A stretch of 64,000 nt of DNA. It comes from a virus (Duplodnaviria > Caudoviricetes). Positions 53,849 to 62,608 of this stretch are shown in pieces (position 1 is the stretch's first letter; every line of letters starts with the position of its first letter). The position numbers and the translations under genes are program-made. The notes below the pieces were generated by a model. It saw only the letters and a list, made by a program, of their open reading frames with translations. It was not told the origin of the DNA and ran no database searches. The DNA is taken from IMG/VR virus record IMGVR_UViG_3300007770_000001; one strand, given 5' to 3'.

Positions 53849-55020
53849 TGGCACGTCAGCGCCTCTCATGGATCGAGGAAGCTCGTCGAGCTTCCGCCCA
53901 CCCCGCAACCCCCGACGAGGGTCCGGCCTCTCCCGCAGGCAACGGTGAGGACCCCACCGCCGACGCCTACGAGAACGGCGACACCTCCTCGTGGGCCTCT
54001 GACCCGCACCCGCACCCCGGCCCCTACCCGGACAGCGCCCACCCCGCCACGCCCGACGAGGGCTCGGACCACCCGGCCGGCAAGTCCGCCTCCGACGAGA
54101 TCTCTCCCGAGACGAACCGTCGCGCCTCCCAGTGCGTCCGCATCGCGACCGCCATGCTCGGCGAGCCCGACAGCCCCGCCAAGGTCGCCGCCATCGAGGC
54201 GCAGGCCATCGAGCTGATGCACCTCCCCGACGCTTCCATCACCGCCAGCCTCAAGCGGCTCGGTCTGGACGGCGACGGTGAGGACGACACCGACAAGGAA
54301 GCCTCTTCCAAGATCTCCAAGAACACCGACCGGATCGCCCGGCTCGAGCGCGTTCTGATCCGCCTCGCCGACGACGACCTGGACGAGGAGGCCGCCACCA
54401 AGAAGGCTTCGGCTGAGCTGGAGACCCGCGTGGCGCGGCTCGAGCGCATCCTCGTCAAGCTGGCTGAGGAAGACGAGGATGACGACGGCGACCGGATCGC
54501 CCGGCTCGAGCGCGTTCTGATCCGCCTCGCCGAGGAGGAGGAGGAAGAGGACCCCGCCCCGAAGGCTGCCGCCACGGACAAGAAGGCCGACGACCTGCTC
54601 CTCGAGGAGATGCTCCGCGAAGAGGGGATGCTGGACAAGAAGGCCGACGACCTGCTCCTCGAGGAGATGCTCCGCGAAGAGGGGATGCTGGACGAGCCCT
54701 GCGGCATGGGTGAGCCCTCCATGGACGAGCCCTCCGGCGACACCGAGCTCGAGATCGATCTCGCTGAGGAGGATCCCATGACCATCCTCGCCGACGACGA
54801 CCTGGACGAGGAGGCCGCCACCGTGCTCGCCTCCCTGTACAGCGAGACCCCCGGCGCGAACCGCGAGGCCGCCACCGAGCCCGAGCGCCGGCCGCAGCCC
54901 AAGAAGGCGAGCACCGGTGCCTCCAGCCTCGGCAACGTCCGGACGGCGTCCAACGACTCCGACGTGGCTCAGCTCGAGAACCTGTGGAAGTCGGCTCCCG
55001 ACGTCTCCGCGCTCATCTGA
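53848..55020 (+). CDS. capsid scaffolding protein
   Basis: Very acidic, repetitive, TAATG-coupled to the protease; many [KR]-x-AS motifs; C-terminal helix VAQLENLWKSAPDVSALI. Confidence 0.75.
   Translation: MARQRLSWIEEARRASAHPATPDEGPASPAGNGEDPTADAYENGDTSSWASDPHPHPGPYPDSAHPATPDEGSDHPAGKSASDEISPETNRRASQCVRIATAMLGEPDSPAKVAAIEAQAIELMHLPDASITASLKRLGLDGDGEDDTDKEASSKISKNTDRIARLERVLIRLADDDLDEEAATKKASAELETRVARLERILVKLAEEDEDDDGDRIARLERVLIRLAEEEEEEDPAPKAAATDKKADDLLLEEMLREEGMLDKKADDLLLEEMLREEGMLDEPCGMGEPSMDEPSGDTELEIDLAEEDPMTILADDDLDEEAATVLASLYSETPGANREAATEPERRPQPKKASTGASSLGNVRTASNDSDVAQLENLWKSAPDVSALI
54328..54822 (+). repeat. dispersed exact repeats in the scaffold
   Basis: 44-bp copy (DRIARLERVLIRLA) at 54328 and 54490; 36-bp copy (LADDDLDEEAAT) at 54364 and 54787. 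Confidence 0.9.
54577..54693 (+). repeat. exact 57-bp tandem duplication in the scaffold (DKKADDLLLEEMLREEGML x2)
   Basis: Identical copies start at 54577 and 54634. Confidence 0.95.
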
Positions 55021-55046
55021 TCGGATCAGGCCACAGAGCCTGATAG

Positions 55047-55088
55047 CTGGCCCGTGGAAGTCCAATCCACGGGCCAGTTCTGTTTTTT
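55047..55088 (+). terminator. rho-independent terminator after the scaffold gene
   Basis: CTGGCCCGTGGA agtccaa TCCACGGGCCAG (12-bp stem) followed by TTCTGTTTTTT; a second 7-bp hairpin ATCAGGC/GCCTGAT lies just upstream. Confidence 0.85.
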
Positions 55089-55122
55089 AGATGCTGGAGG
55101 ACTTCTTTTTCCTTCAGACTCC

Positions 55123-55137
55123 CAATACCGGATTTAT
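55123..55137 (+). promoter_or_regulatory. putative late promoter (CAATA-N6-TTAT variant) for the decoration and MCP genes
   Basis: CAATA ccggat TTAT between the scaffold terminator and 55236. Confidence 0.55.
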
Positions 55138-55235
55138 ATCCGTCCCTGAAGGTGGAGCTACTGGCTCTGGCGAAGGGTGGGTCCTCCCCCCAAGCCTCCT
55201 CAACCACTCTCTGTGAACAATGAGCAGGAGAACAA

Positions 55236-55892
55236 ATGCCTCTGCTTGGACAGGCGAGCGGTGGATGGACCGAGTCTTCCTCTGCCCTTCGGATTCTGCA
55301 CGTCGGCGTGCGGAACACGGTGGGTCAGCTGGCGGCCGATGCCTTCACCCAGACCAACCCTCCCAACCTGACCACCTCCAGCACCGTGTCGACCAACGTT
55401 GACACCGCCGTGCTGGGCGTCCTCTCCGGATCCGTGGCGTTCACCCGCCCCGACGAGGGCGACAACTACATCGGCGGCCCGTCCGAGGCCGGCTCCGCGC
55501 ACGACGCGTTCAACACGTCGCCGCTGGGCCTGTTCATCAACACCGCCGTCGGCAACAGCTTCGAGAACCAGCCGGGTGTGGCCTCCAACAAGGGCCCCTA
55601 CACCTCGGCGCAGGGAACCCACGCGTCCCAGCTGTTCGAGACGCAGGCTGCCGCTTCCACCGGTGCCTACACCATCGGTGACGACCTGACCTACACCGCC
55701 GGCATGGGCCTGATGGCCAGCCGCAACGGCTACCTCGTGCCGACGCACGACTCCGCCGTGGCTGCTCTCAACGCCACCGCCGCCTGGTCTTCCGAGGTCA
55801 CCAACGGTCGCACCACCGCCACCACCCTCGCTGTCCTCAAGATGCCCTCGGACTCTACGCAGGCCGAGATCGTCTTCGACCAGCGCGTCTGA
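55236..55892 (+). CDS. head decoration/cement protein
   Basis: Directly upstream of the MCP; AGGAGA RBS; extreme codon bias. Confidence 0.7.
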   Translation: MPLLGQASGGWTESSSALRILHVGVRNTVGQLAADAFTQTNPPNLTTSSTVSTNVDTAVLGVLSGSVAFTRPDEGDNYIGGPSEAGSAHDAFNTSPLGLFINTAVGNSFENQPGVASNKGPYTSAQGTHASQLFETQAAASTGAYTIGDDLTYTAGMGLMASRNGYLVPTHDSAVAALNATAAWSSEVTNGRTTATTLAVLKMPSDSTQAEIVFDQRV

Positions 55893-55904
55893 GGAGGGAC
55901 TACA

Positions 55905-56777
55905 ATGCCCGCAACCAACGCAGTCAAGGCTCGCCTCATCAGCGAGTTCATCGGCACCCAGGCTGGCCGTCACAAGCTCGCCGCGTCGATGACCCAGCCC
56001 CTCCGGCTCCGCCGGGACTACATGGCCGTCGGCCGGAAGACCTTCCTCGTGGAAGAGCTCCCGGATGGCGCGCTGCCCATCTACGACAAGGATCCGGACG
56101 TCACCGCGTACCTGGTCGGTGAGGAAGGCGAGAACATCGTCGCCGTCACCAAGCCCCGGCGCGTGTCCTTCCCGCTGTTCGAGATCGCCTCGAACCCGGA
56201 GATCCCGCTGACGCAGATCAAGGAGCGCCGCTTCGACCTCATCGAGCGCGCCCAGGACCTGGCCCGTGCCCAGATCCAGGCCGCCGAGGACGAGCGCGTC
56301 TTCGCGATCATGGACTCGATCGCCACCAACGGCTTCGACTCCATCGCCGGTGGTGAGAACCCCGACATCCCCGTCGTCGCCCCGATCTCCGGCGCTGTCC
56401 TCGCGGACGCCTTCGCCGCGGTCGAGCAGCACGACCTCCGGGTGGCCCGGGTGTTCATGAACGCCGTCGACTACGCGGACATCCGCAAGTTCGGCCGGGA
56501 CATCCTCGACGTCGAGACCCAGCGCGACCTCATCCAGACCGGCCTCATGGGTCGCCTCTGGGGTGCCAGCGTCATCGTCAGCCGCCTCGTGCCGGCCGGA
56601 TTCGTCTACATCTGCTGCGAGCCCGAGAACTTCGGTCGGATTCCGGTCCGTACCGAGCTCACGGTCCTCAGCGCCGACGACCCGCGCGCCCGCACCATTG
56701 GCTTCAGCGTTTTCGAAAACTTGGGCATCGGGGCCTTCAACCCCAAGGGCCTCTGCCGCCTGACGATCGCACGGTAG
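55905..56777 (+). CDS. major capsid protein (HK97 fold, 290 aa)
   Basis: Extreme codon bias, GAGGAGG RBS, canonical gene order; segments (KLAASMTQPLRLRRDY, FEIASNPEI, QIQAAEDERVF) recall the capsid family of mycobacteriophage Bxz1-like myoviruses, recalled from memory and not searched. Confidence 0.85.
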   Translation: MPATNAVKARLISEFIGTQAGRHKLAASMTQPLRLRRDYMAVGRKTFLVEELPDGALPIYDKDPDVTAYLVGEEGENIVAVTKPRRVSFPLFEIASNPEIPLTQIKERRFDLIERAQDLARAQIQAAEDERVFAIMDSIATNGFDSIAGGENPDIPVVAPISGAVLADAFAAVEQHDLRVARVFMNAVDYADIRKFGRDILDVETQRDLIQTGLMGRLWGASVIVSRLVPAGFVYICCEPENFGRIPVRTELTVLSADDPRARTIGFSVFENLGIGAFNPKGLCRLTIAR

Positions 56778-56801
56778 TCCAGGCTCTGCCTGGCCGCCGT
56801 C

Positions 56802-56829
56802 ATGGCCGCCCCCTCTCCGGGGCGGCCAT
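56802..56829 (+). terminator. GC-rich hairpin after the MCP gene (terminator or 3' stabiliser)
   Basis: ATGGCCGCCCC ctctcc GGGGCGGCCAT, 11-bp stem; no U tract. Confidence 0.6.
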
Positions 56830-56856
56830 AGCTGTGTTGGGCATTGTGGGATCAAG

Positions 56857-56863
56857 CGGTAAC
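56857..56863 (+). promoter_or_regulatory. CGGTAAC upstream motif
   Basis: After the MCP hairpin, 19 nt before ATG 56882. Confidence 0.45.
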
Positions 56864-56881
56864 TCCAACCCTGGAGCTACC

Positions 56882-57679
56882 ATGCCCACTACCCATTGCC
56901 TCCCTCCTGAGTTCCCTGCGGGGTTGGATCTCTTCATCGTCTTCACGGACGGGACGGAGATCCATACGCAGACCACGGGGAGGAAGTCTGGGATCCCTGG
57001 CTTCGCGACTACCCACTCTCTACGCCCGAAGACGTTCGACTATGGGGGGTCCTCCTGGGAGACGGGAGATCTGGTGATCCCTCTTGATCGGAGGGAGTTC
57101 TACCTCACCGTCTACGCTGGGAAGGAATCCAGAGTCCCCCAGCGTAGAGAGATCGCAGAGATGTGGGTCGACGGACGCCACGCCATCAGCCAGTACCCCG
57201 TCACAATCGAGGAGCGGGAGGGGGAATCCGGTCGGGAGTTCCGCATCATCTCCCTTCGACGAACCCTGGTGGGAGATTGGACACCTATCGACCAGATCGC
57301 CTTCTCCGGCGGGAAGCCTGAGTACTACGGGATCTCTCTGGGAGGGGCCCCTCCCATCCTCCTGCAGAAGGTCTCCGACACACGGGCGATCCCCGAGAGA
57401 TCCTCTGAAGAACTCCCGTTGGCGGTCCGGGTTCGGGTCCTCCCTATCGGCGCTATCGTCAATGTCAAGACCGAGGCCAAGACTGTGAGAGGCCAGATCG
57501 TCGATGGCTCCACTGACGCAGACGAGATCTACCTCTCTGTGGTGGTAGGGGGATTCCCTCGGGTGTTCTCTCTGGTGATCGACATCGAGGTAGTCCGACT
57601 CTCCTACAAAGCGGAGGACCTCGAAACCGTGATGGAGATCCAGCTCATCGAACTCCCTCCCGAGATGGAGGTCCAGTAG
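56882..57679 (+). CDS. hypothetical protein
   Basis: ATG after GGAG; CGGTAAC motif upstream. Confidence 0.7.
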   Translation: MPTTHCLPPEFPAGLDLFIVFTDGTEIHTQTTGRKSGIPGFATTHSLRPKTFDYGGSSWETGDLVIPLDRREFYLTVYAGKESRVPQRREIAEMWVDGRHAISQYPVTIEEREGESGREFRIISLRRTLVGDWTPIDQIAFSGGKPEYYGISLGGAPPILLQKVSDTRAIPERSSEELPLAVRVRVLPIGAIVNVKTEAKTVRGQIVDGSTDADEIYLSVVVGGFPRVFSLVIDIEVVRLSYKAEDLETVMEIQLIELPPEMEVQ

Positions 57680-58150
57680 ATGGCCATGCTCTGGTTGACC
57701 AAGCCTTCTCACGGGTTCGGCCGGATCACGTACCTCCGTCTGGGCTGGCGTGGGATTCTCGAGGTCTGTCACGACAAGCTGATCATAGAAGAACAGGAGT
57801 ACATGGAGCGGTGGTACTTCCGCACCTTCCTGTTCCAGATACGGCTCCACAAGATCCTGGCCTCAGACGACCCCAAGCGCCCCCTACACGATCATGCGGT
57901 GGGGATGGTATCCCTCATCCTCAAGGGATCCTACAGGGAGGAGACTCCCGAAGGGGACTCTTTCTTCAAGGCTCCTGCGATCAACGTGATTCCGGCGGCT
58001 CGTCCTCACCGGCTCACTCTCGGGCATACTCCGGTCTGGACTCTGGTCCTCACCGGCCGAGCAGTTCGGGAGTGGGGGTTCCTAACCCGCCAGGGCTGGA
58101 TGCATCACGAGCGGTTCTTCGAGAGCCTGGCGGACTCCGAACCTACATAG
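57680..58150 (+). CDS. cupin-fold protein
   Basis: RLHKIL.SD...LHDH...SLILKGSYREE...PHRLTL...WTLVLTG...WGF. Confidence 0.8.
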   Translation: MAMLWLTKPSHGFGRITYLRLGWRGILEVCHDKLIIEEQEYMERWYFRTFLFQIRLHKILASDDPKRPLHDHAVGMVSLILKGSYREETPEGDSFFKAPAINVIPAARPHRLTLGHTPVWTLVLTGRAVREWGFLTRQGWMHHERFFESLADSEPT

Positions 58151-58532
58151 GGTGTCCGTTCAAGTCTTCCTGATCCCAGGGCAGCCTCTTCAAGAGAGTG
58201 AACCCGTGCGCTTCTGCCATAGCACGGGCCTCGTTGAGAGCCTCCCTGCTGGTATCGAAGGGACCGATCTCTGTCTCGGCGGGGTCTTGGATGAACCACT
58301 TATCCCCGTCGGAGAACACCTCGAACTCGCTCAAGGCATTGGGGTTGGCGGGGGCCAAGCTTGACACGGACTCTCGGAAGGCGTAGAACTTCCATCCGTT
58401 GTCTACCTTGACCGGAGGGAGTAGGGGCTTGAAGACCTTCCCCCTGTCCCGGCGGAGGCTCTCCCTCTCCATGATTGCCCTGTTTGTGGGGTCGTCCAAC
58501 AGGGCTGCCATCATTTGGTATCTCTGTGACAT
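58143..58532 (-). CDS. hypothetical protein (only credible minus-strand gene)
   Basis: 129 aa filling an otherwise empty gap; converges on and overlaps the cupin gene end; normal amino-acid composition. Confidence 0.75.
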   Translation of the reverse strand: MSQRYQMMAALLDDPTNRAIMERESLRRDRGKVFKPLLPPVKVDNGWKFYAFRESVSSLAPANPNALSEFEVFSDGDKWFIQDPAETEIGPFDTSREALNEARAMAEAHGFTLLKRLPWDQEDLNGHPM

Positions 58533-58556
58533 GTAGTACTCTACCGAGAAGGGAAG

Positions 58557-58571
58557 CGGTTGCTGGCCTAT
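58557..58571 (+). promoter_or_regulatory. putative late promoter CGGTT-N6-CTAT
   Basis: CGGTT gctggc CTAT, 28 nt before GTG 58599. Confidence 0.65.
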
Positions 58572-58598
58572 TCAGGAGCCCTCCCAGAAGGGGTCATC

Positions 58599-61500
58599 GT
58601 GGCTGCGAGAATCCAAAGTCTCCGGAATGGTGGAAGTGCCGTAGATGAAGCCAGTCGGGATGACTTGGTCGCTACGGACGTTGTAGTTGTGTCCTCTCTG
58701 GACTCAGCCACGACCTACAACTGGACTCTCGTGTTCGTTCCAGAGGGCTCTGCCGCAACGTTCTCGGGAACCACCACTGCGGTAAGTCCCGGCTCGTTCA
58801 CGGTTGACATCCCCGGCCCGTACCTCGTGCGACTTGTCGTAGATTCGGGACTCCCAACTGAGGACACACAGTACGTCCGGCTCCGAGCACTCACCGAAGA
58901 GTTGGGCCTCACACTGGTCGCAGCTGGCGAGCGTCGTGACGGCACCGGCACCATCCCGGTAGATGTGGATCCTGAGGGTTGGGCGAACGAGCAGAACGCC
59001 AATCTGAAGGCTCTTGAGACTGCGGTCACCCTCGCCTCGAGCCCTGGAGTCCCTGAGTTCGTGTTCCGTCCCGGAGGCACCCAGACAGGGAACATCTTCA
59101 CGGACTTCGCTGACCTGTACGCTGCGCTGACCGCAGCGGAGGGGAAGAAGCGTCTCGTCTTCGACAACTCCATCTCCTCGCCTTGCACGATCCCTGCGGG
59201 GGCCTACGATTTCGCGGATACGACCTGGGTGGGCGTGGGCTTCGGCGTCCTCCTTCCGGCTTTTGAGGCCCAGCCGCGCGTCGAGTTCGCCAACGGGGTG
59301 GCGATCACGAACCTGACTCGGATCCAGCACCTTCTGATTGCGATGACTGCGGGAGTGTCTACTCCAATCACCTTCTCGGGGGTGGTACACATCCTGCAGA
59401 TCCGGCTGAGCAAGCTCCTGTCGGAGGCTGGCGCCAACCCGCTGTTCGTGTTCTCGGGTGCCGGAGCGCACCTGATGGATCTCACCCAGACGGTTCTGGG
59501 CGGGAGTAGTCAGGAGGTCATCGACCTACAAGGTACGGTGAGCCTGGGATTCAATCTTCAGGTCCGAAGCCTCATCCAGACTGACGCGATCTCCGGGGCG
59601 GCGGGGACGTCTCTGTCTAAGACACTGGACGCGTCATCCAGTGTCGCCACCTTGTCGGCTTTCTCCGGAACCGACGCGGGCGACACCTTCATGGACGAGG
59701 CCGAACGGGTTGGCTTCGACGACTCAGGTCTCCAGCACATCTCCGCAGACGATGTTCAGAAAGCGATCGAGGACATCGATGTCGCCATCGATGACCCGGC
59801 GGGTCTGATCACCGTAGCAACTGCAGGTGCAGACCACACCACCATCGAAGCGGCGCTGGCCGAAGCTGCGGGAGTGGCGTCCCCCAGCAATCGTATCCTG
59901 GTCGAGATCTACCCTGGCGACTACTCAGAGAACAACCCGCTCACGATCCCCGCCTACGTCAGTGTCAACTGTCCGGGCCGACACGCGGTCACTCGGCTCA
60001 TTTGCCAGAACTCGGGAGCGGGGCAGCACGGCTTGGTCCTGACCAACGACACCGATGTCGTTGGTATTCAGATCCAGGGAGCTTCCGGATCGGGTGCAGC
60101 GGGATTCCACTTTCCCGCCGCAGCGGCGGATATCGAGCTCCAGGACTGCAGGATTCAGGACTGCGACATCGGTTGGCTGAGCGAGGCTTCCGCGAACAGT
60201 CCGGGCATCAGCGTCAGGACCCCGTTTATCACTGCAGGGACGACTTCCAGCGCCTTCAAGTGCTCTGCAGGCGGCTTGATGAACGTGGAGGGGGCTCTGG
60301 TTCTGGCTGCCGCCACTGTAGGCAAGGTGTTCCACAGCGATGGGGCGAACTCTACCCTCCGAGCTTCGGGCTGTCGAACCAATGGGGACCTGACGACCCA
60401 CGCCTGCTACGTCGAGAACACCGGCGAAATGCAGCTCTTCGCGAACTACCACAATGGTGTGGCAACGGGTGTTGAGATCACCGCAACGGGGGGGACCCTG
60501 GAGTCTTCGGGCTGCACCTTCATCACAACCGGGAGCAGCATCGTACTGGCCGATACGGCGCTGGCTTCCCTGACTGTTCGGGGCGTGTCGCTGGACAGCT
60601 CCACTTTTAGTCTCGGGGCTGCCGCTACCTTCGCAGGGAGCTTCACGGACACGGGGTCCGTATTCCCTGGCTTCAACGCTATCGAGGAGCTCTGGGCCGG
60701 CGCCACGACCATCGAGCGCGTCCCTCTCGCCACCTACACCCGCGAGACTGCGGCGACTGCTTGGGTCGAGGGCGGGTTGGTTACCATCAACTCTGGATTC
60801 ACCCTGGACGTGGCGGCGGGGAAAGGGTTCGTCAACACGGGGACTGGAGTTGTCTACGTAGTATGGAGCGGGCAGCAGGTCATCGCTTCGGCGGATAGCG
60901 ACTTCTACGTCTATGTGGATTCAGCGGGGACTGCTTCCCTGGCTGGTACCACCCCGGACCTCGAGACCAACGTCCTTCTCGCGGCAGGGCGTACCGATGA
61001 CTCTGTCGTTGCCTTCCTGTCGCGTAACATCGTCCCCTCTCAGTTCCTCCGTTTGCGGCGTCATGAGTGGGTGGCGACAGCTGTGGGGTCTGTTTGGATC
61101 ACCGGGCTGGCCGTCACAGAGTACTCAGGACCCAGTCTGCAGTTCCAGGTAGGGGCGGGCAGGTTCTACCAAGGGGATGTCGAGTACACAGCTTCTGCTT
61201 CCGCCACTCCCTGCGTGTTCAACTACTGGTATCGGGACGGGGCGACTTGGGATGTCACGGTCGCCGCCACTGCTCTGGACGCTACCAACTACGATCCCGC
61301 CGGGTCCGGGCTCTCTCCGATCACTGCAGGTCAGTGGGTCAAGTGCGCGGTCTACGTCAATATCAACGAAGGCACGACCTATTGGCATGTCGTGTACGCG
61401 CAGGCGGAGTACGCCTCTCAAGTGGCGGCTGAAGGGGCTTCTCTGGCGGTCCCTCCGGAGATCTTCAACGCCAACGCTCTTCCTCTGGCAGCTTTCGTCT

Positions 61501-62582
61501 ACCAGCAGGGAACGACGGATATCGTTTCCATCCTCGACATCCGACCCTCTATTGTGGCGGAAGGTCCTGGATCAACAGCGGCTCCTGCCGAACATTCGGC
61601 GCTGGCAAACCTGCATCTCGACGACCACAACCAGTACATGTTGCTGGCGGGCAATGCCGCGCGGAACGCCCTCACGGGTGCGCTGGATGCTTCCGGAGGC
61701 ACGATCGTTGTTCCGACTTCCACGAGTCCGGTCCAGACGACCGAGGGCTCTGTAGTTTGGGATTCGGACGATGACGTCCTCACGGTGGGTGATGGGTCCT
61801 CTCGGAAGACCTTGGTGGACACGAACTCCACCCAGACCCTTTCCAACAAGACGATTGTCAATCCGACGATCACCGACCACAGCAACGCGACGCATGACCA
61901 TTCGAACGCAACCAATGGGGGCCTGGTCGTACAGGCGACGGAGACTCTCAGAGGCGCGGCGGAGGTCGCTACCCAGGCGGAGGTCGACACAGGGACGGAT
62001 GACGCTCGATTCGTGACTCCCGCAAAACTGGCTGCTGCAGCTACGGTGATCCAGTCGGGACAGGCGGCCGGTGGTGATCTGCAAGGCAGCTATCCGAACC
62101 CTACAGTGGTGCAGGCGTCCACCACCGTCGCCGGCAAGGTAGAGCTCGCGACGCAATCTGAGGTGGACTCAGGAACTGACACCACTCGGGCTGTGACTCC
62201 TGCAACTCTGGCGAGCGCGCCCCGAAGAGCGGATATCCACATCATAGAGACGGATACGTTGAGCAACATCAGCTCTCCAACCCCGTCCATCGTGACTGGG
62301 ATGTCCTGGACACCTCCTGCGGGAACTTGGCTGGTGGTGTTTGATGCGGAGATCGAGGGCCACGGCAACGCTGTGACAACAGTGCAGATCTACATGGATG
62401 CTGCAGCCCAGGGCTATCCTCGCAGAATCTCCATCACCACCAACGATTTCGACTCCATCATGGCACGCGCCCTTGTAACGACGACAGGCTCTGAAGTTGT
62501 GTCCCTGCAGGCGTCTGTGTCTGCCCATGACGTAGATTTCCGGGGACGCGCGTTGACGCTCATCCGGGTGGGCATCGTATGA
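58599..62582 (+). CDS. tail fibre/tailspike with N-terminal Ig-like adaptor, beta-helix region and fibre repeats
   Basis: PKD-like YNWTLVFVPEGS...PGPYLVRLVV; TTIEAAL...IYPGDYSE cap; two QA..T..G..E.ATQ.EVD.GTD..R.VTPA.LA repeats. GTG 58599 chosen because the late motif covers the longer ORF start. Confidence 0.8.
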   Translation: MAARIQSLRNGGSAVDEASRDDLVATDVVVVSSLDSATTYNWTLVFVPEGSAATFSGTTTAVSPGSFTVDIPGPYLVRLVVDSGLPTEDTQYVRLRALTEELGLTLVAAGERRDGTGTIPVDVDPEGWANEQNANLKALETAVTLASSPGVPEFVFRPGGTQTGNIFTDFADLYAALTAAEGKKRLVFDNSISSPCTIPAGAYDFADTTWVGVGFGVLLPAFEAQPRVEFANGVAITNLTRIQHLLIAMTAGVSTPITFSGVVHILQIRLSKLLSEAGANPLFVFSGAGAHLMDLTQTVLGGSSQEVIDLQGTVSLGFNLQVRSLIQTDAISGAAGTSLSKTLDASSSVATLSAFSGTDAGDTFMDEAERVGFDDSGLQHISADDVQKAIEDIDVAIDDPAGLITVATAGADHTTIEAALAEAAGVASPSNRILVEIYPGDYSENNPLTIPAYVSVNCPGRHAVTRLICQNSGAGQHGLVLTNDTDVVGIQIQGASGSGAAGFHFPAAAADIELQDCRIQDCDIGWLSEASANSPGISVRTPFITAGTTSSAFKCSAGGLMNVEGALVLAAATVGKVFHSDGANSTLRASGCRTNGDLTTHACYVENTGEMQLFANYHNGVATGVEITATGGTLESSGCTFITTGSSIVLADTALASLTVRGVSLDSSTFSLGAAATFAGSFTDTGSVFPGFNAIEELWAGATTIERVPLATYTRETAATAWVEGGLVTINSGFTLDVAAGKGFVNTGTGVVYVVWSGQQVIASADSDFYVYVDSAGTASLAGTTPDLETNVLLAAGRTDDSVVAFLSRNIVPSQFLRLRRHEWVATAVGSVWITGLAVTEYSGPSLQFQVGAGRFYQGDVEYTASASATPCVFNYWYRDGATWDVTVAATALDATNYDPAGSGLSPITAGQWVKCAVYVNINEGTTYWHVVYAQAEYASQVAAEGASLAVPPEIFNANALPLAAFVYQQGTTDIVSILDIRPSIVAEGPGSTAAPAEHSALANLHLDDHNQYMLLAGNAARNALTGALDASGGTIVVPTSTSPVQTTEGSVVWDSDDDVLTVGDGSSRKTLVDTNSTQTLSNKTIVNPTITDHSNATHDHSNATNGGLVVQATETLRGAAEVATQAEVDTGTDDARFVTPAKLAAAATVIQSGQAAGGDLQGSYPNPTVVQASTTVAGKVELATQSEVDSGTDTTRAVTPATLASAPRRADIHIIETDTLSNISSPTPSIVTGMSWTPPAGTWLVVFDAEIEGHGNAVTTVQIYMDAAAQGYPRRISITTNDFDSIMARALVTTTGSEVVSLQASVSAHDVDFRGRALTLIRVGIV

Positions 62583-62608
62583 TCCAGCATCTTGCAGGAG
62601 ACCTGTAG

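Noticed and set aside
54577-54693. Repeats as a CRISPR array
   Set aside because: They are in-frame coding duplications without unique spacers; no repeat-spacer array, tRNA or rRNA gene was recognised anywhere in the window.
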